In this document: one piece after another, positions 50,588 through 64,000 of the stretch
Numbering within the stretch: position 1 is the first letter of the stretch
Layout of the letters: each line of letters begins with the position of its first letter
NCBI GenBank assembly: GCA_030704615.1
Contig: CM060732.1
Coordinates: 75,268,001 to 75,332,000, forward strand
DNA length: 64,000 nt
Reading direction: 5' to 3'
Origin: Takakia lepidozioides
Taxonomy: Eukaryota; Plantae; Bryophyta
Made by a program: the position numbers and the translations under genes
Notes under the pieces: generated by a model
What the model was told of the DNA's origin: nothing
The model's database searches: none
Seen by the model: the letters and a program-made list of their open reading frames with translations, nothing else

Positions 50588-53116
50588 ATTTGACAGGATG
50601 AAACCGGCATACAGTGCTGTCAGAGATCGCACGCTTTCATTAAGTTCTTGCATTTATTGCTAAGTAGTCTTCTCCCAGAAACAAAAGACACGGTCTCTCT
50701 ATATTAAGATGAGCAAACATGCTTGGGCCAACAGCTAATAAGACAACAAGGGCTGCTGATAACATCAGGGTTACTTGAATGCATGAATAGTGTTTATCTC
50801 ACCAAACTTAGACCCGAACTTGATGAGACAAAGTGATCAGTGACACCACGAGTGTTTGTCTTTTGAAAATTTTCTAAATTTTGAAAGGAAAACACGCGCG
50901 AGTGACAGCTCAGCCTTAATCAGATTATAGTTAGTAGGTGGACAAAGTAACCTCGCCAAGAGCATGGGACATCGGCCAAGGAAGGCTTAGAAGATCGTAC
51001 CACACCCAAGGTAGCAGGATTTCAACAACAAGTACCTTGGTGGGCTCTCGGTGAGCTCTATCCAACCGAACTTTGAAAGGTAGGGCCGCCCTTCAAACTT
51101 CAAAACCTCAACGGCACTAGTCCCTGCAATGCCAGGGCTGAATGAGGGCATCCAGTTCAGTACCACCAGATTAGCGTGGCGTATGGGTTCAAAGTCAATG
51201 TCACAAAGACGGCACGTAGCAAAGCTTTTCAACAATATCGCAGGCTACAACCTAGCAGGTACAATAGTAAATCTCACGCTCATACTTACTCAACTTCATG
51301 GAGACCCAATCCTGGACCATTCTCGGAGCATAAGAAATCATAGATCATAATATAATTAATGTCCCACCGCAGAATCAACTCGCCGAATGAACTGTACATG
51401 TGTCATGTATGGCCGCCTCCATGAATCTGCGAACCAGAAATTCCCAGCTCAGGTTGAATGACTGTCAGTGACCCATTCTTTCCATGCCGAAAATCAAGGG
51501 CTGGTACTTCCAGAAGCAGTAAATCATTGAATCAAGCCAAAACCCAATCGATCTTCACAATCACACATGTAGACAATACATGCACCAACCCACTGTCGGA
51601 TTAGTGTAAAGAATCTTCAAGCCTGCACGCCATGCCCTACCCCATCAAGCAAGCGAGCCGGATCAGACCTGCACCGCATTCACGCAGCTGCAGCATGTCC
51701 TATATCGACGCGCACACCCTCATAAACAAGCTAGCCCGGAACCGACACGCGCATTCAATAAACCGGGGCACGCTCTCCATTATGATTTATCCCATATCGT
51801 TTGCACAGCGCTACCACGCCACGCAGCATAAAAGCCTGCGCTGCGTAACTCAACCACCAACTCTGCCTCGCCACCCCGCGACTACTCCCTTTGACCTCCC
51901 GCCTTTATTCCGCCCTCCCTCCATCCGACGGCCCACAGACTTCCAAAATTAAATCCGACGGTCCAAAACCCAAAACCTGCGATAGGAGACTCATCGTGGA
52001 TCTCGGAACACTGAACGGCTTCGATCAGTTTCTCTGAAAGCTACTTTTCGGCGTAATATTAGCTGTCAACGTGGCTTTATAATAAAACGATTAAATAGAT
52101 TACCGAAATGCGGTGGTTTACGTTTCGTTTTACGTTTCTTTATGTTGGGTTCCGTACCCGCATTATCTAAATCAATGGAATAATCATCCACGCTAAGATC
52201 GCAGAACCTAAAAATACACGTTGTTCATCCATTATTAGCTGAGCTGTGGATGTGTTCCGTCGCGCGAACTGAGAGATAAGACTAGGATGGATGAGATACG
52301 AGGTAGATGGATGTACGCTAAGGTATAGGTGTATAGAATACACGGGCAGCATTAATCGTTTGTGATCTGGGCACGCTGATGGCGTGACGAGCAGCTGCTG
52401 GTCGTCGAGGTCCACAGACCGTCGTTGGGCGTGGGCGAGGCTGGCGCTGCGTCATCGATCTGCTGGTGACCTTGCACCAAAGAGTTGTTGCAGAGCTCAT
52501 GCAGTTGATACAAGGTTGGGGCTGTGGGGCTCTGTTGCTCGCTGAGGAGACTTATTACTGCGCTTGCAGAGCTCTCTGTCGTCTCTGGGTGCTTGTAGGT
52601 GGAGTTCCTCTGGACATATATATAACGTTAGTTCTTTGAGCAGGCACTGGACAGGTTGACACCCCTGTGCAGCGATCGATAGATCTCATCACACTTCCTT
52701 GATCTGTTGTCTTTGAGGAATCCACGGGCTCCGAACGCTTGTAGGCATTGAATGGTCTTGGAGAGTAGGATCAGACACCTACAACGCGCGAGAGCTGTAG
52801 CCCGGGCGTAGCCTAAATCGTCCCTCGTTTTATTGTGCTGCTCAGGACTGAGAGTTGTCAGTCAACAACATAGGGAGCTTGGACTCAAAGCCTAGTGTGA
52901 GTGGCAATGCGGGTAGCTGCCTGTAGCCCAGGGAGGAACTTTGGACGAGTTCAACATATGTGATCTAGAGGTATAGTTAACCATTTTCGTTAGTGCTAGG
53001 TTGAAATTAGACTAGCACAGTTGCTGTCTAACCGTCGAGCAACCTGTGCATGCTACATTTTCTGGAGGGAGATTTGCCAATTCCGTCACAGACGCATTCG
53101 AACCGAGATCATCACG

Positions 53117-56100
53117 ATGGAGATACTAACATCAACAGCATGGAATTGCGTGCTTCTTCTGGGCATGAGTATTGGACTCTGGCTCGTCAACTATCGGCGC
53201 ATGCAATCTGGAAGAAAGGGGCCCAAACAGTGGCCGGTGCTGGGGTCGACCGTCGAGCAGCTCATCAATTTCAACACAATGCACGATTGGCTACTTTCCT
53301 ACTTCGAGAAGGGCATCAAAACATTTCCGGTGGCAATGCCAGATTGCACATATACATACACTGTTGACCCCGCAAACGTGGAATACATTCTGAAGACAAA
53401 CTTTTCCAATTTCCCCAAGGTATACTCTTCTTGCCCATCCTTGTACATCTCGTCTCCATCAACAGCTTAAGCTCACCAATTCTGATCCAGCACTGAACAA
53501 TTGTTTCGTGGACAAGAAATGTTTCGTAATTTTGTGTGTACACAGGTCTTGTGAGTGTAACTGTTTCTGGTGCAAACGTCGATGTTGCTACCGAGAATGC
53601 CTCTAAGTTACATGTACAGGTTCTGTGAAGAATGGCAGAACTTCGAAATTTACTGACGATTGGTCGCGATCATGCTTGCTGGCAGGGAGAGATATGCTAT
53701 AGAAATTTCGAGGTCTTGCTAGGAGATGGCATTTTCAACTCGGATGGGGATACGTGGCGGCATCAACGCAAGACGGCAAGCTTTGAGTTTGCCTCACGGG
53801 TCTTCCGTGACTTCAGCATTGTCACCTTCCGCGAGAATTCCCTTAAGCTGGCTTCAATTGTCTCTCGTGCCACTGTTTCGCAAAGGTCCGTCGACATGCA
53901 GGTTCGTCCTTCTCTGGAATCTCTTTTGTAGCCACTTCCCTTTGCCCGCTCTCCTTGTAGAGCAGTTTTGGAGAATACCTCATAGGTGAAGTTCGCCTGG
54001 CATGGATCAATAGAATTATAATTCAGCATGGCAGAATGCTACAACGAGGAAGTACTGTTCAGACTAGAATGGTGAGAGCCTGTGCCGGTCTAGAGTAAAA
54101 GTGGAAAACGCATGGTGGGTGACAAGTTCATGAATGCAGGATCTATTCATGCGCTTGACGCTGGACTCAATATGCAAAGTGGGGTTCGGGGTGGATATTG
54201 GAACTCTATCTCCATCGCTGCCTGCAGTGCCGTTTGCCACAGCATTTGACACCTCAAATGAGGCAGTGACTTTGCGGTTTTTCGATCCTACATGGCCCAT
54301 CAAACGGTGGTTAGGTCTCGGGATAGAGGCAACTCTTGCACGCAGTATCATAGTGGTGGACGACTTCACCTACAATGTGATTCGAACGAGGCGAGTAGAG
54401 ATTGAAATGGGTCGGGCGCAAGGAAAAGAAGAGGTGCGTTTTGCCGTGTCCTTCTTCTTAAAAGGTTGACACTGCCAGTGTAGTTTCATTGCAGTCAGGG
54501 AGTTGTCCTGCCAGAACGAACGGGAGGGAGTGCTGAATTTGAGAGGCATCTTAAAATTTATCTTTCCTGAGGCGCTGTCTGCAGAAAGAGTTCAAGTAAT
54601 GATTGAACCTCTTTTTAACGCTTAGAGTTCAAGGTTGGAGTCAATTCAGGACCGCTTGTGGCCTTTGATCTCCATTTCATACAGCCTGGGCTAAGAAGAA
54701 CTTCACATGTCTAAAAGACAGTCTGTATGAAATGGTGAAGATTGCAAAGATGGACACTTGTGTGGGAACTGGAGAGGAAATAGTACTTACGTAATGCCTG
54801 GAAAGTTCTGATTTGAACTCGAGTACGTGGTGTATAATGCGTTGATCACGACAGATCGAGGTGATTGTATAGGAATAGTGAAGCTTGATCGTATCGTCTT
54901 GAGTTCAAAGGCACACATTGGAACATAGGCTGATCTTCACACAATGATCTGTATAATTTGCAGCGAGCAGATTTACTATCAAGGTTCATAATGATGGGAG
55001 AGGCCCAAGATCAAGACAAAGACCAAGACCAGCAGCAGTTTACGGACAAAACGCTGCGGGACGTTATTCTCAACTTTATGATCGCAGGCCGGGACACTAC
55101 GGCTGCAACATTGTCATGGTTCGTCTATCTCATCAGCCTGCACCCAGACGTTGCCGAAAAGATCAATCACGAAATGCACAGTTTATTCGATGAGGATGGT
55201 GAGGCGATTAGTAAACTCGACTTCAATGAGTCGATTGTCGACTACGCATCGCGGCTTTCCTACGATGCCCTTAACAAAATGCACTATCTGCATGCTGCGA
55301 TCACGGAGACTGTGCGCCTCTACCCTGCTGTTCCTCAGGTGATCTAGCTGACCTCTGGAGCTTGTGAAATTGTTGGACGATTTGCAAATCAGGCTGACAG
55401 ATAACTGTATCTCCTTTCAATTCTCCAGGGATGCCTTACATGTCGACGGCACTGGTCTGGTGTTCGCCTCTGTGTATAGTGCTGTTCTCGTTGGGCAGTC
55501 TGAGGACTCTTGCTAAGAGAAGGAACTAACTAGTATGTGTACTTGTTTCTGTGATGTCCAGGACCCCAAAGGCATTTTAGAAGATGATGTGCTGCCTGAT
55601 GGCACGGTGCTCAAGAAGGGAGGACTAGTAACATATGTGCCTTATTCACAGGGGCGCATGAAATACCTCTGGGGCCCAGATGCCAAGGAGTTTCGGCCAG
55701 AGCGCTGGTTGAAGGACGGCGTCTTCCAACCGGTTTCAACTTTTAAGTTCAGTGCATTCCAGGTGAGCTAGTGTGGACACGAGATCCAGACTAAATGATA
55801 TGTTCAACCCTCCCTCAAAGTTTGTATATACATAAAACAGCATAAAAACCGTAGACCTGCTTTTGAAGTACCTCCAGGGAAATGCTTAAGAGCCCCGGCA
55901 CTCTCCTTTATGCTCATGGACCGGGAATCATCCCGTTTGTGCACTGTATGTGATGATCTTGTGTTAAATATGTTGCTCGTCGTTTTTCACAGGCTGGACC
56001 GCGAATTTGCTTAGGAAAGGACTCGGCCTACTTGCAGATGAAGATGGTCACTGCAATTCTGTGCCGCTTCTTCAGATTTCAATTGGTGCCAGGGCATCCT

Positions 56101-56169
56101 GTGCAGTACCGCATGATGGCCATTCTGAGCATGGTGCACGGCTTGAAGGTCCATGTCACAAGGCGGTAG
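53117..56169 (+). CDS. CYP704B: Cytochrome P450 CYP704B-like fatty acid omega-hydroxylase (sporopollenin/cutin precursor pathway), 6 exons, 521 aa
   Basis: Exons 53117-53419, 53686-53901, 54140-54433, 54964-55338, 55562-55762, 55993-56169, all phase 0; AGRDTT, ETVR, PERW, FQAGPRICLGKDSAYLQMK. Confidence 0.93.
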
Positions 56170-59100
56170 CATACCCATACCGAACTCATACTGAAAGCGT
56201 GCGCAGGACAATGGATCAAGCCAATCCACACAGGAGCATGATATATAGAGAACACAATAAGAATAACCTCACCGTCACCACAATTGTAGCTAGCACGGTA
56301 GGCTGTATTGGGGACCGTCCTCTGGAGGGACGATGGTCAGAAATCACATTCACGGACCGAATATTGATATGTACTTACTGCAGGGATGGTTGGCGGGGCC
56401 CAGCTTGTTTCTCGCAAAACGGCCATGCCCACCCTCTTCAGCAGTATACATGAACCTTATATCATAAACATTTACGGTAGTTAGTTCTGTACGCCTGTTG
56501 AGATCATCCAGCTGAGCAACCAGCTGTTGGGTTGTCGTCTTCAGATCTGCAGGCAGCCTGTCCCATTCAATGAAGTGTACCGCATTCAAAGCCGATTCCT
56601 TGCGTTATTGTTTGTATGTTCCTCGTCTGTGTTCCATAAAGAAGGTAGGCACGCTACTCCCTCGTGCAGGTCCCATTACACCAAACAGGACAAACCTTTC
56701 TCTGGGTTTTCTGATGGGCACTGGACTTGAAGGCTTCCGAGTCCCCTTTTCTTCAGTTTAAAGAAAGAGAAGAAAAAAACTGAAGCACAGAAATTGGGAA
56801 CTTGTCCATCGAGTCAATCCACAAACAAACATGTGCAAGCAGCTCAGATTGTAAGTAACACACAGTCTAAAAGCCATTGAATCTTTCATAAGAGATCATG
56901 GTTTATGTCTTCTCATTATGACGCTCGTTTAGATGGAAAGAGCTTTTGATTGATTACCATCCACGTCAATGATGCTTGTCCTTGTGTCTCAATGAGGCAA
57001 GGACAGATGCAATAAAGCTTTCATATTATTTGCGACCTGTTTATGTGTTTGCATTTTCTCCTCCCTTCACACGTGATTTGGTACCATGCATGTGAATGGC
57101 TGCTCCATAAATCTTTCATCATTCCCTTCTTTCACTGTTTAGACAGTGGCATATTTCAGTCCCTTTTGGGGCTTTTCTTTTTCGGTTTTTTGGATGTGGA
57201 TTTTGCAGATTTGAATCGATGGGCCCCAATTTCCGAGCTGCTGATGCCATCCACTTGGTGGACAGGAGTCCAACGCGCGATCTTGCAGATTTTTTGGTTA
57301 GGGTTTCAATTTTTTGGCACCCAAGGTAGCGGGATCCGACTGGTTTGCAGCGTCAAAGCACATCTTCTATGTCTCTGTCGTCACATTGCGAGTTTGCCTT
57401 CACACCTTCTTCTTGTGCGTGTTTTGGAGCTTCAGTAACCTGCGGCGTGTGTACATGTGGCTGTTGCGATTGTGGCAGGGGGCCATTGCCCATCGTATAT
57501 TTCATCTTGCTGCATTGTTGTTTTGTTGCATTACTACTCACCCTCTCTCACCTTCTCTCCTGAGCCTTAACATTGATAACACCAACCTACGGTACTCCAT
57601 GCAGGATCTTGCGTTGTAGGTGTGAGTGCTTGAGAGGTGCATGCCTTGCATTGAAGTCTCAATTTTGAGTAAGAGAGAGAGAGGAAGTTTAAGGTGAGAT
57701 CAAGGTGCGTTGTGAGTGAATGCATTTCGGCGCTGGTGACAATTGACATAGGTTCGCACCTGCGCATATGTCTGCTCAAGTGGTAACAATTGCTAAGTGG
57801 GCACAGTCACTGGGTGCAACTTATGAGCAGGTCGATCAGATCCTTGGTTGCCTAAATGAAGACTATCTTTCTGAATTGAAGAGACCTTCAAGGATGAGGT
57901 GGTCAGCCTTCCCCTAACCTTATTGGAGCTGACTAGATGTGATGACTTCATGCTAGTGTGGATCAATACCACAAAAGTATGATAATTCGATTCTCGAGAG
58001 GGAAAATCCTGGCTTATTGCAACCCCACTAACAGGGACAGTGGTGGGGGATTGTGGCGTAAGCATATAAAAAACGTGAGCAAGATCCACGGTTATAGGGA
58101 TGATATGTATGCCAACGGAAATACATATAATTGATGGACATAGGATCTTTCTGGGTCTCCATGGTGTAAAAATTTAATATGAAGGATATAGAAGGAGCTT
58201 GACAGGGAGAAACTTTAAATAAAATAAAAATAAAAAGAAACCAAAACTCCAATTTTGCCAACGACTCAACCCAAGCTTCGCTGGCAAAAATCCATGTTTC
58301 GTTGAAAAAAACCCAAGATGCGTTTGCGTTCACTCGCGAAACCCATTGTTCGGGTGGTTCTTGGGGATGTTATACACACAATGTTTTACCAAATGCCACA
58401 TTGTTTCCGTGCGCTGACCTTTGAGTTATGGCAGATATATTTGTGGGTCTTTGTGCTCACGCGAGTTAAGCTTTGGACGATTAATTTCATAAGTTTTGTT
58501 GCATGACCAGATAGTTTCGTGTATTTTTTTTTCATTGAGCACATTTTGGTTTCGCTAATGCATATTCTCCGGATTTTGGGGAGTATGCAGAATATGCCTC
58601 TGTGTGAGCTTGCTCACTAACTACCCAACCTCACACTGGCGAGCATCTAGAACGCGCAAGACCTATCAACCTCATTTCCGAGTTCTGAGTATGTATAGAG
58701 TGTGAAGGTTGATTTCCTCCGCCACTTGTCCAGTTTTGCTCTCTTCCGATGCAGGCTAGCACTACAAGCCTCTGGCCTAACCCTTAATGGCTATTTTAAA
58801 TGCATGAATTTGAAAATCTTCGGAGTGCTCCCAAGTACTTCGTTGACCAGAAGTACCAAAGTATTGGTTCTAGTAGAAGAGCAGAGTCCTACTTGCAAGG
58901 TTCAGGTCAAGGAAAGTGTTAGCAAACTATTCAAACCATACCACTAGAAGTGTTTGCTAAACTCTACCGCCGAAAGTACAAAGAAGGGGAACCTTTGTGG
59001 CAGTATTACCAAGACATTAAGGTTGGGGCCAGAGAGAATTTCAAAAATCCTGAATAGAGAGCCCAAGTGGTCAAGATATTTCTTTGGCCAGTCTTATTGT

Positions 59101-60499
59101 TCCATAAACTAGCCATTTTCTTGTAAGGAGTGGGGTTTTTCTTGTACGCAGGTTTTTCGATTTGGCCTGTAGGTAAGAGCAACTTGCAGCTCTCACCAGT
59201 CTCTTATCACTGATATGGTACGGCTGGTCATTTGATCTCAGACATGCTCAGGTTCTCTTAATCATCTTCTAAGGTCTCAATTATGCATGGCTATTGGAGA
59301 CCTTAGTGGGTGCTGGTGACTTCTAAAGTGTTTGCATATCAAGATCACACGTGGATCTAGAAGTTCTCGGAACGCTTGAACGCTCTTCACAGGGGTTCAG
59401 ATCTCTTTCACTAGGGGGGGTAAAAAGCCTCACAATTTTGAGCCTTACATACTAACCACCTTGAGCTAGTAAAGTAAACCCTTCATTTTTTAGCTTAGCC
59501 TTTCATTTGCAAGTTTCATTTTTCTCCAGCCCTTCATTTACATGCCTTTCAGGCAAGTAAAGTCTGGCAAGTAAGGTCTGGTCTGGTCCATCCAAGACAG
59601 TAAGGTTGTCTTATGCCTGTGAGCCTGTGGCAAGCAACTTAGGCTACTGGAGTATCTTTCCTCCAGTATTCAAACCCATTGGTGTATCCTGGTCTGTACA
59701 TGGGAGCCAAGGCACAGTTTGCTCACAAGGGAGGGTAGGGGCCTTGGTGGAGAGCAAAGTGGCCTATGACCATCAACTAGGTAGGGTCTAGGCTCGAAGA
59801 CTACGGCAAAAAATTATGAAGAGGTTATCTTATGCATTCATCTTTGCAAACAAGTCCCGGTACCTGACCACCATCTGCAAGCGATTATGCACAGGGATAA
59901 TACCCTCAGTAACGGATTCCATCTGAAGTAATTTCAGAAACTACCAATACATTCAAATCAGATATCAAACCACACAAACATAGGAAATGAATTCAAACAG
60001 AAGTCAAAACTCTCAAGTTTGAACACAAAGATTTACAGACTTACAGACGGTTGGGGCAAAGCAGACAGCATAACAGCAATCTGCCCTCACCCACACAAAG
60101 CTGAAAGGCTTGCTTCTTCATTTCGTAGTGCACACCAAAAGAACACTTTCTCTGCAGCCAATGCCAGAACTACTGCTGTGCCTTTCTCCTTAATCCACAT
60201 TGCACATGCTAGATGTCAAGGCTTGTTGCGTGTAGTTTAGATCCACCCACCAAACGTGCTACATTTTTGCTACGAGTAACATATGGTCAAGAAGAATGCC
60301 ATTCTCCAGGCACCTCTAGGCCCAAGATTCTCTCCAAGCAAAAGAAAACACTCTTTAAACAAGGGACATCAATGCCATCAACCCCCAAAAGACCAATTTT
60401 AAGAGAAAATTAGCACTCTACAATCCAAGGGTAGACCTCAGCCCCAACCCTCTCCAGCAGTATTCCCTGTTTCCCTCCCTCTGCAGTTGCCCAGATTGA

Positions 60500-63400
60500 T
60501 CAAAATTGGCAAGATGTCCCAAGTCTTTGCAGCCGGTTCACATTCTTTGCCTTGCACTTAACCACTGCCTCAACCAAAAGCTGCTGGAAGTACTCCAGAA
60601 AGAGAGACCATGCCTTCTCGTTCATGTCCGAAAGAACAAGGGGCACAGAACTCAATCCCAGATCCTCAGGTCTTATCTGTGCAACATTGGAGGTTGAAAC
60701 TCCGCGCGGTCCTAATGTACGTCGCTGTTTTGCGTGCGTATGACACTGGTATCTGTGACTATTGAGAGAGATCCTTGGACTTGGACCTAACATTTGAGAG
60801 AGAGCTATTGGGGAGGTAGGCTCCTTGCAGTTGAGGGTACTTTTCGGTGAGTGGGGAACCTGTGCGTGTTCTAAAGGCTGCAACTGCAATAGAGAGCTGA
60901 AGCCCCGCTGGATTGACGAAAGTGGGGAAGGGGACAGTGGTGACAAGGGCGCATAGCCAGTACTGGGCAATGGAGAAAGGGCCTCACTGTTCTCCAAACC
61001 ATCCCAAACTGCCTGCTCCTCATGGTCCTCCATGTCGAATTGGATAGGCTCACTACAAGGATCCTCTGGCAAGCTGCCACTGTCACCCTCAGAACTCATT
61101 GCCAAAAAATCCTCGTCAACCTCCATTTTCGCTAGCAGACACACAGTCTCCAGCTCACTTGGTCCCTCAATGACTCCACAAAGCTCTCGCGACATCATAC
61201 CTCCTATTTCTGCCAGAGACAGGCCTGCCGCAGCAGCCTTTTTTAAGAAGGTGGTTGAGAGAACCAGCATGCGTAGGCAGGCTTCGCGCAGCATAGGCAG
61301 TTCCTTGCGCAGCATTTCAACATCACGTGCTGGGTCTAGCCTCTCAATGTATGCCAGCTCAACATCAGAGAAGGGAAAGGATGCTTGTGGCCAATGCAGC
61401 CACTCGAAGTAAGGATCATCCAGAAACTCTGGGAGGCATAGACCATGATCAATGGGAATTAGCTCCACAGCTTCCTCCACTCGAAGACCTGAATATGACC
61501 AGCAATTAATGGAGCTCCCCATGCCGCCATGCTTCTCCCCACCTCTTCCATCCATCTCCAGCTTCTTCACCAGAATGTTGCCTGCATGGCGATCCGTGTT
61601 AAAAAGCCGGATATCCAGTATGCCAATACGATGGACTGAAGAGACAGGAAATCGTGATGTTCCGTGTTCACTTGCATCGAAGTCATGAGTCACAAACTTC
61701 TGGAAAGATCCAATCTTTGCAACACCTGGCTGAGCAGAAGCAGGAGGCAGTTTGCCACCCCTACTTACTGAGTTTCCGGGATTCACATTGAATATCGGGT
61801 GATGGGCCTTGACAAGCACTGTGGGTGGGACTTTCGCAAAATGCTCATGATCTAGCAAGTAGGCTGCTACCTCTCGCACACCAGTCTCACCCACACGGAT
61901 CGATCGTTTTAGGCCTGGCTGCCCCAAGGCTTTGCCGACAAAACCTTTTGGGTTGTTGGGTGCAAAAGGCTCTTCATCAGTAGGTTTAACAATAGCAATA
62001 CTCTGCCCTCTACGGTTCCGAAAGTAGTACGCGCCCCCTAGGCCCCCTGCGGCAGGCACTGGCTCAATTCCAGACTCAATGGCCTTCACCGATTCCTGTA
62101 GCAGCCGCTTGATCTTGGAACAGCAGTTCAAGCCTCCCACAATCTCAAATGGCCTACCTTGACCAAAGTCTCTGTTGGAACTTAAGACATCAGTTATCGT
62201 TGGTGACAGGCATGGAGTTGAAGAGCTCCGATACAGACTGCGGGTGAGTAAGAGAGGGGCATCATTTCTCACTTCGCTTAGATCCTTCTCCAAAACATGA
62301 TCGCCAAACACGAGAGCACTTTGCTCTGTCGGAACACACAATGCAGCCTGCACTTTCTTCTTCACTGATTCCACCTTATCAGCCCTGTCCAGCTCAATCC
62401 CTAGCAAATGGCCTGCATGAAGCAACACTCCAGACAAAATCAGTTTAGCAAACAGCAGCTGTAGCAAAGGAGGGAAATAGAAAAGAGCTCTTACTCAGGT
62501 TCAATGAGAATTTCAAGAAATGGTTTAAGATGCGAACTTTCACAATGCCAACTGAAATGCATAACCCCAAAGACTTTTAAGTTCACCAATTGCCAGGCTC
62601 CAAGACTTGGTGGGCACGGGCACCAGGAATCCCGACACCCTACCAAGTGGCATTTTTTCTCTCGACAACCCTACAAGTCTGCCTAGTTCCCGGTTCATGA
62701 CGTCCATGTGGCAGGATGCCTACCAGTTCATACTATGCAGTTGCCTAAGAGTAACCTGGGCAATATTCTCAGAGACTGGTTGCTTGTCAAAAGTGAGGAG
62801 GTGCTCAGCATCAAGCACTAGTTTGAACAAACTGCACAACTCATACACGGATCCCCACATAACAACATTGATATTTTCACATGCAATTTGAACTGTAACA
62901 TGTTATCCAAGAAAGTAGAAAGGGCTCAAGGCATGACTCATGGACACACATGAGTAAGGCATTTTATCTGAGATTCACAACATGGCCTTAAAAAATGCCC
63001 ACCAGATACAACCGAATCCCCAGTACACCACACCCCCACTGCCCTCGAGAATCTCTTCAGCGGCGCTTTTTCTAATTGGAAATTTCATATCTCTCTATCT
63101 CTCTCTCTCTCTCTCTATGCATATATGGAAATTCAAAAGCTCGCATAACTATATAATGTAACCAAATGCTGGTCTCAGGTGACATGAAAAATCTAGGATA
63201 CCAACTGATCCACAGGCAAATACTCCTTGTGGTCCATAAGCCACACTACTCAGAAACTTCACTTCATAATGGAAGTCTGCATCCATAGGAAAATCTATTT
63301 ACAACCAAAAAAAACAATGAATGCTGAGGTGCTAGGACCAGCATCCAACTCTGGTCCAAAAATGAATGTCAAGCCTCCCATGCCAAACTATGCTGTGATG

Positions 63401-63597
63401 AACACAATGATGCCTGACTACTCCCAAGAAGGTACACAAAGACAACCTGTGTCTGTTTGCACAAAAATTCGCCGTCGCCCAACCTGCCGCCGGCACATGT
63501 TGGGGAATCCACCCGTGGACCCACCTTTGCCATTGACTCCATCAGGAACAGCCACAGGTGTCTGGACTTGCACCGGGCTCTGCGAGCTGGGAGGCAT
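60500..63597 (-). CDS. PI4KG: Type II phosphatidylinositol 4-kinase gamma (gamma5/6/7-like) with ubiquitin-like N-terminal domain, 2 coding exons, 687 aa
   Basis: Exons 63597-63447 and 62412-60500 join as RRIFVQTDTG-HLLGIELDR; GGLGGAY, KPTDEEP, REVAAYLLD, NTDRHAGN, PIDHGLCLP; C-terminal GTSCQF. Confidence 0.93.
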
Positions 63598-64000
63598 GCC
63601 TGGGCACCTCTTGTAAATTTCGCTTGTTCTGGCCACTTGGTACTACAAAAATGTTGGTCTTTCAGAAAAGAACTGGTCTTGAAAATTGAAGCACAGTCCT
63701 CCACACTAATCTTTTGCAATAGACATAAAGTAATAGACCTTTGTCACATTGGAGAAAGCTGCCTGCCTTTGATAGATTACAACTCTCAACTTGGTCCAAA
63801 TGAGGTTGCATCCAGGTCCCAAAGCCCACTGGACCAAAATGTCCATCAACCAAACAAATTTTTTGCTGTCACTGTGACTTATGTTTCATCTTTTGCGCTT
63901 CAAAAATCCCTTTCCACCAACTAATCCCATAACCCTCGCCAAAACAGAAACAATGCAAACCCTCATATGCTAAAAATCCCAGACAATCGCTGACACTTGG

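Noticed and set aside
56200-60400. Short ORFs between CYP704B and PI4K-gamma
   Set aside because: No motifs or coherent gene structure; treated as UTR, intergenic or decayed repeat.

Overview
Nuclear DNA of a land plant; the TE and PPR types suggest a bryophyte, probably a moss (inference). Host genes: a PLS-DYW PPR RNA-editing factor preceded by degenerate OSB-type PDF-motif exons, a frameshifted F-box gene, UBC37 head-to-head with an organellar-type RPL20, tRNA-Lys(CUU), a 6-exon CYP704B with an upstream pseudo-exon copy, and a type II PI4K-gamma. Mobile DNA: a decayed GCM/SWIM MULE transposase, three hAT-type non-autonomous elements (two with perfect 8-bp TSDs), a TA-flanked MITE carrying a 5'-truncated LINE, and two tRNA-derived SINEs. 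The main finding is a 9.3-kb Ty3/Gypsy-like retroelement (22643-31935, GCCA TSD). Its pol frame carries a DNMT3-like C5 cytosine methyltransferase between protease and reverse transcriptase, and its integrase ends in a PHD finger. Its termini are not conventional LTRs but split direct repeats (A1...B1-A2-B2) containing a built-in palindromic end-to-end junction. This copy is dead (C-to-T-type stops, frameshifts, truncated gag). All calls come from reading motifs by eye; no searches were run.
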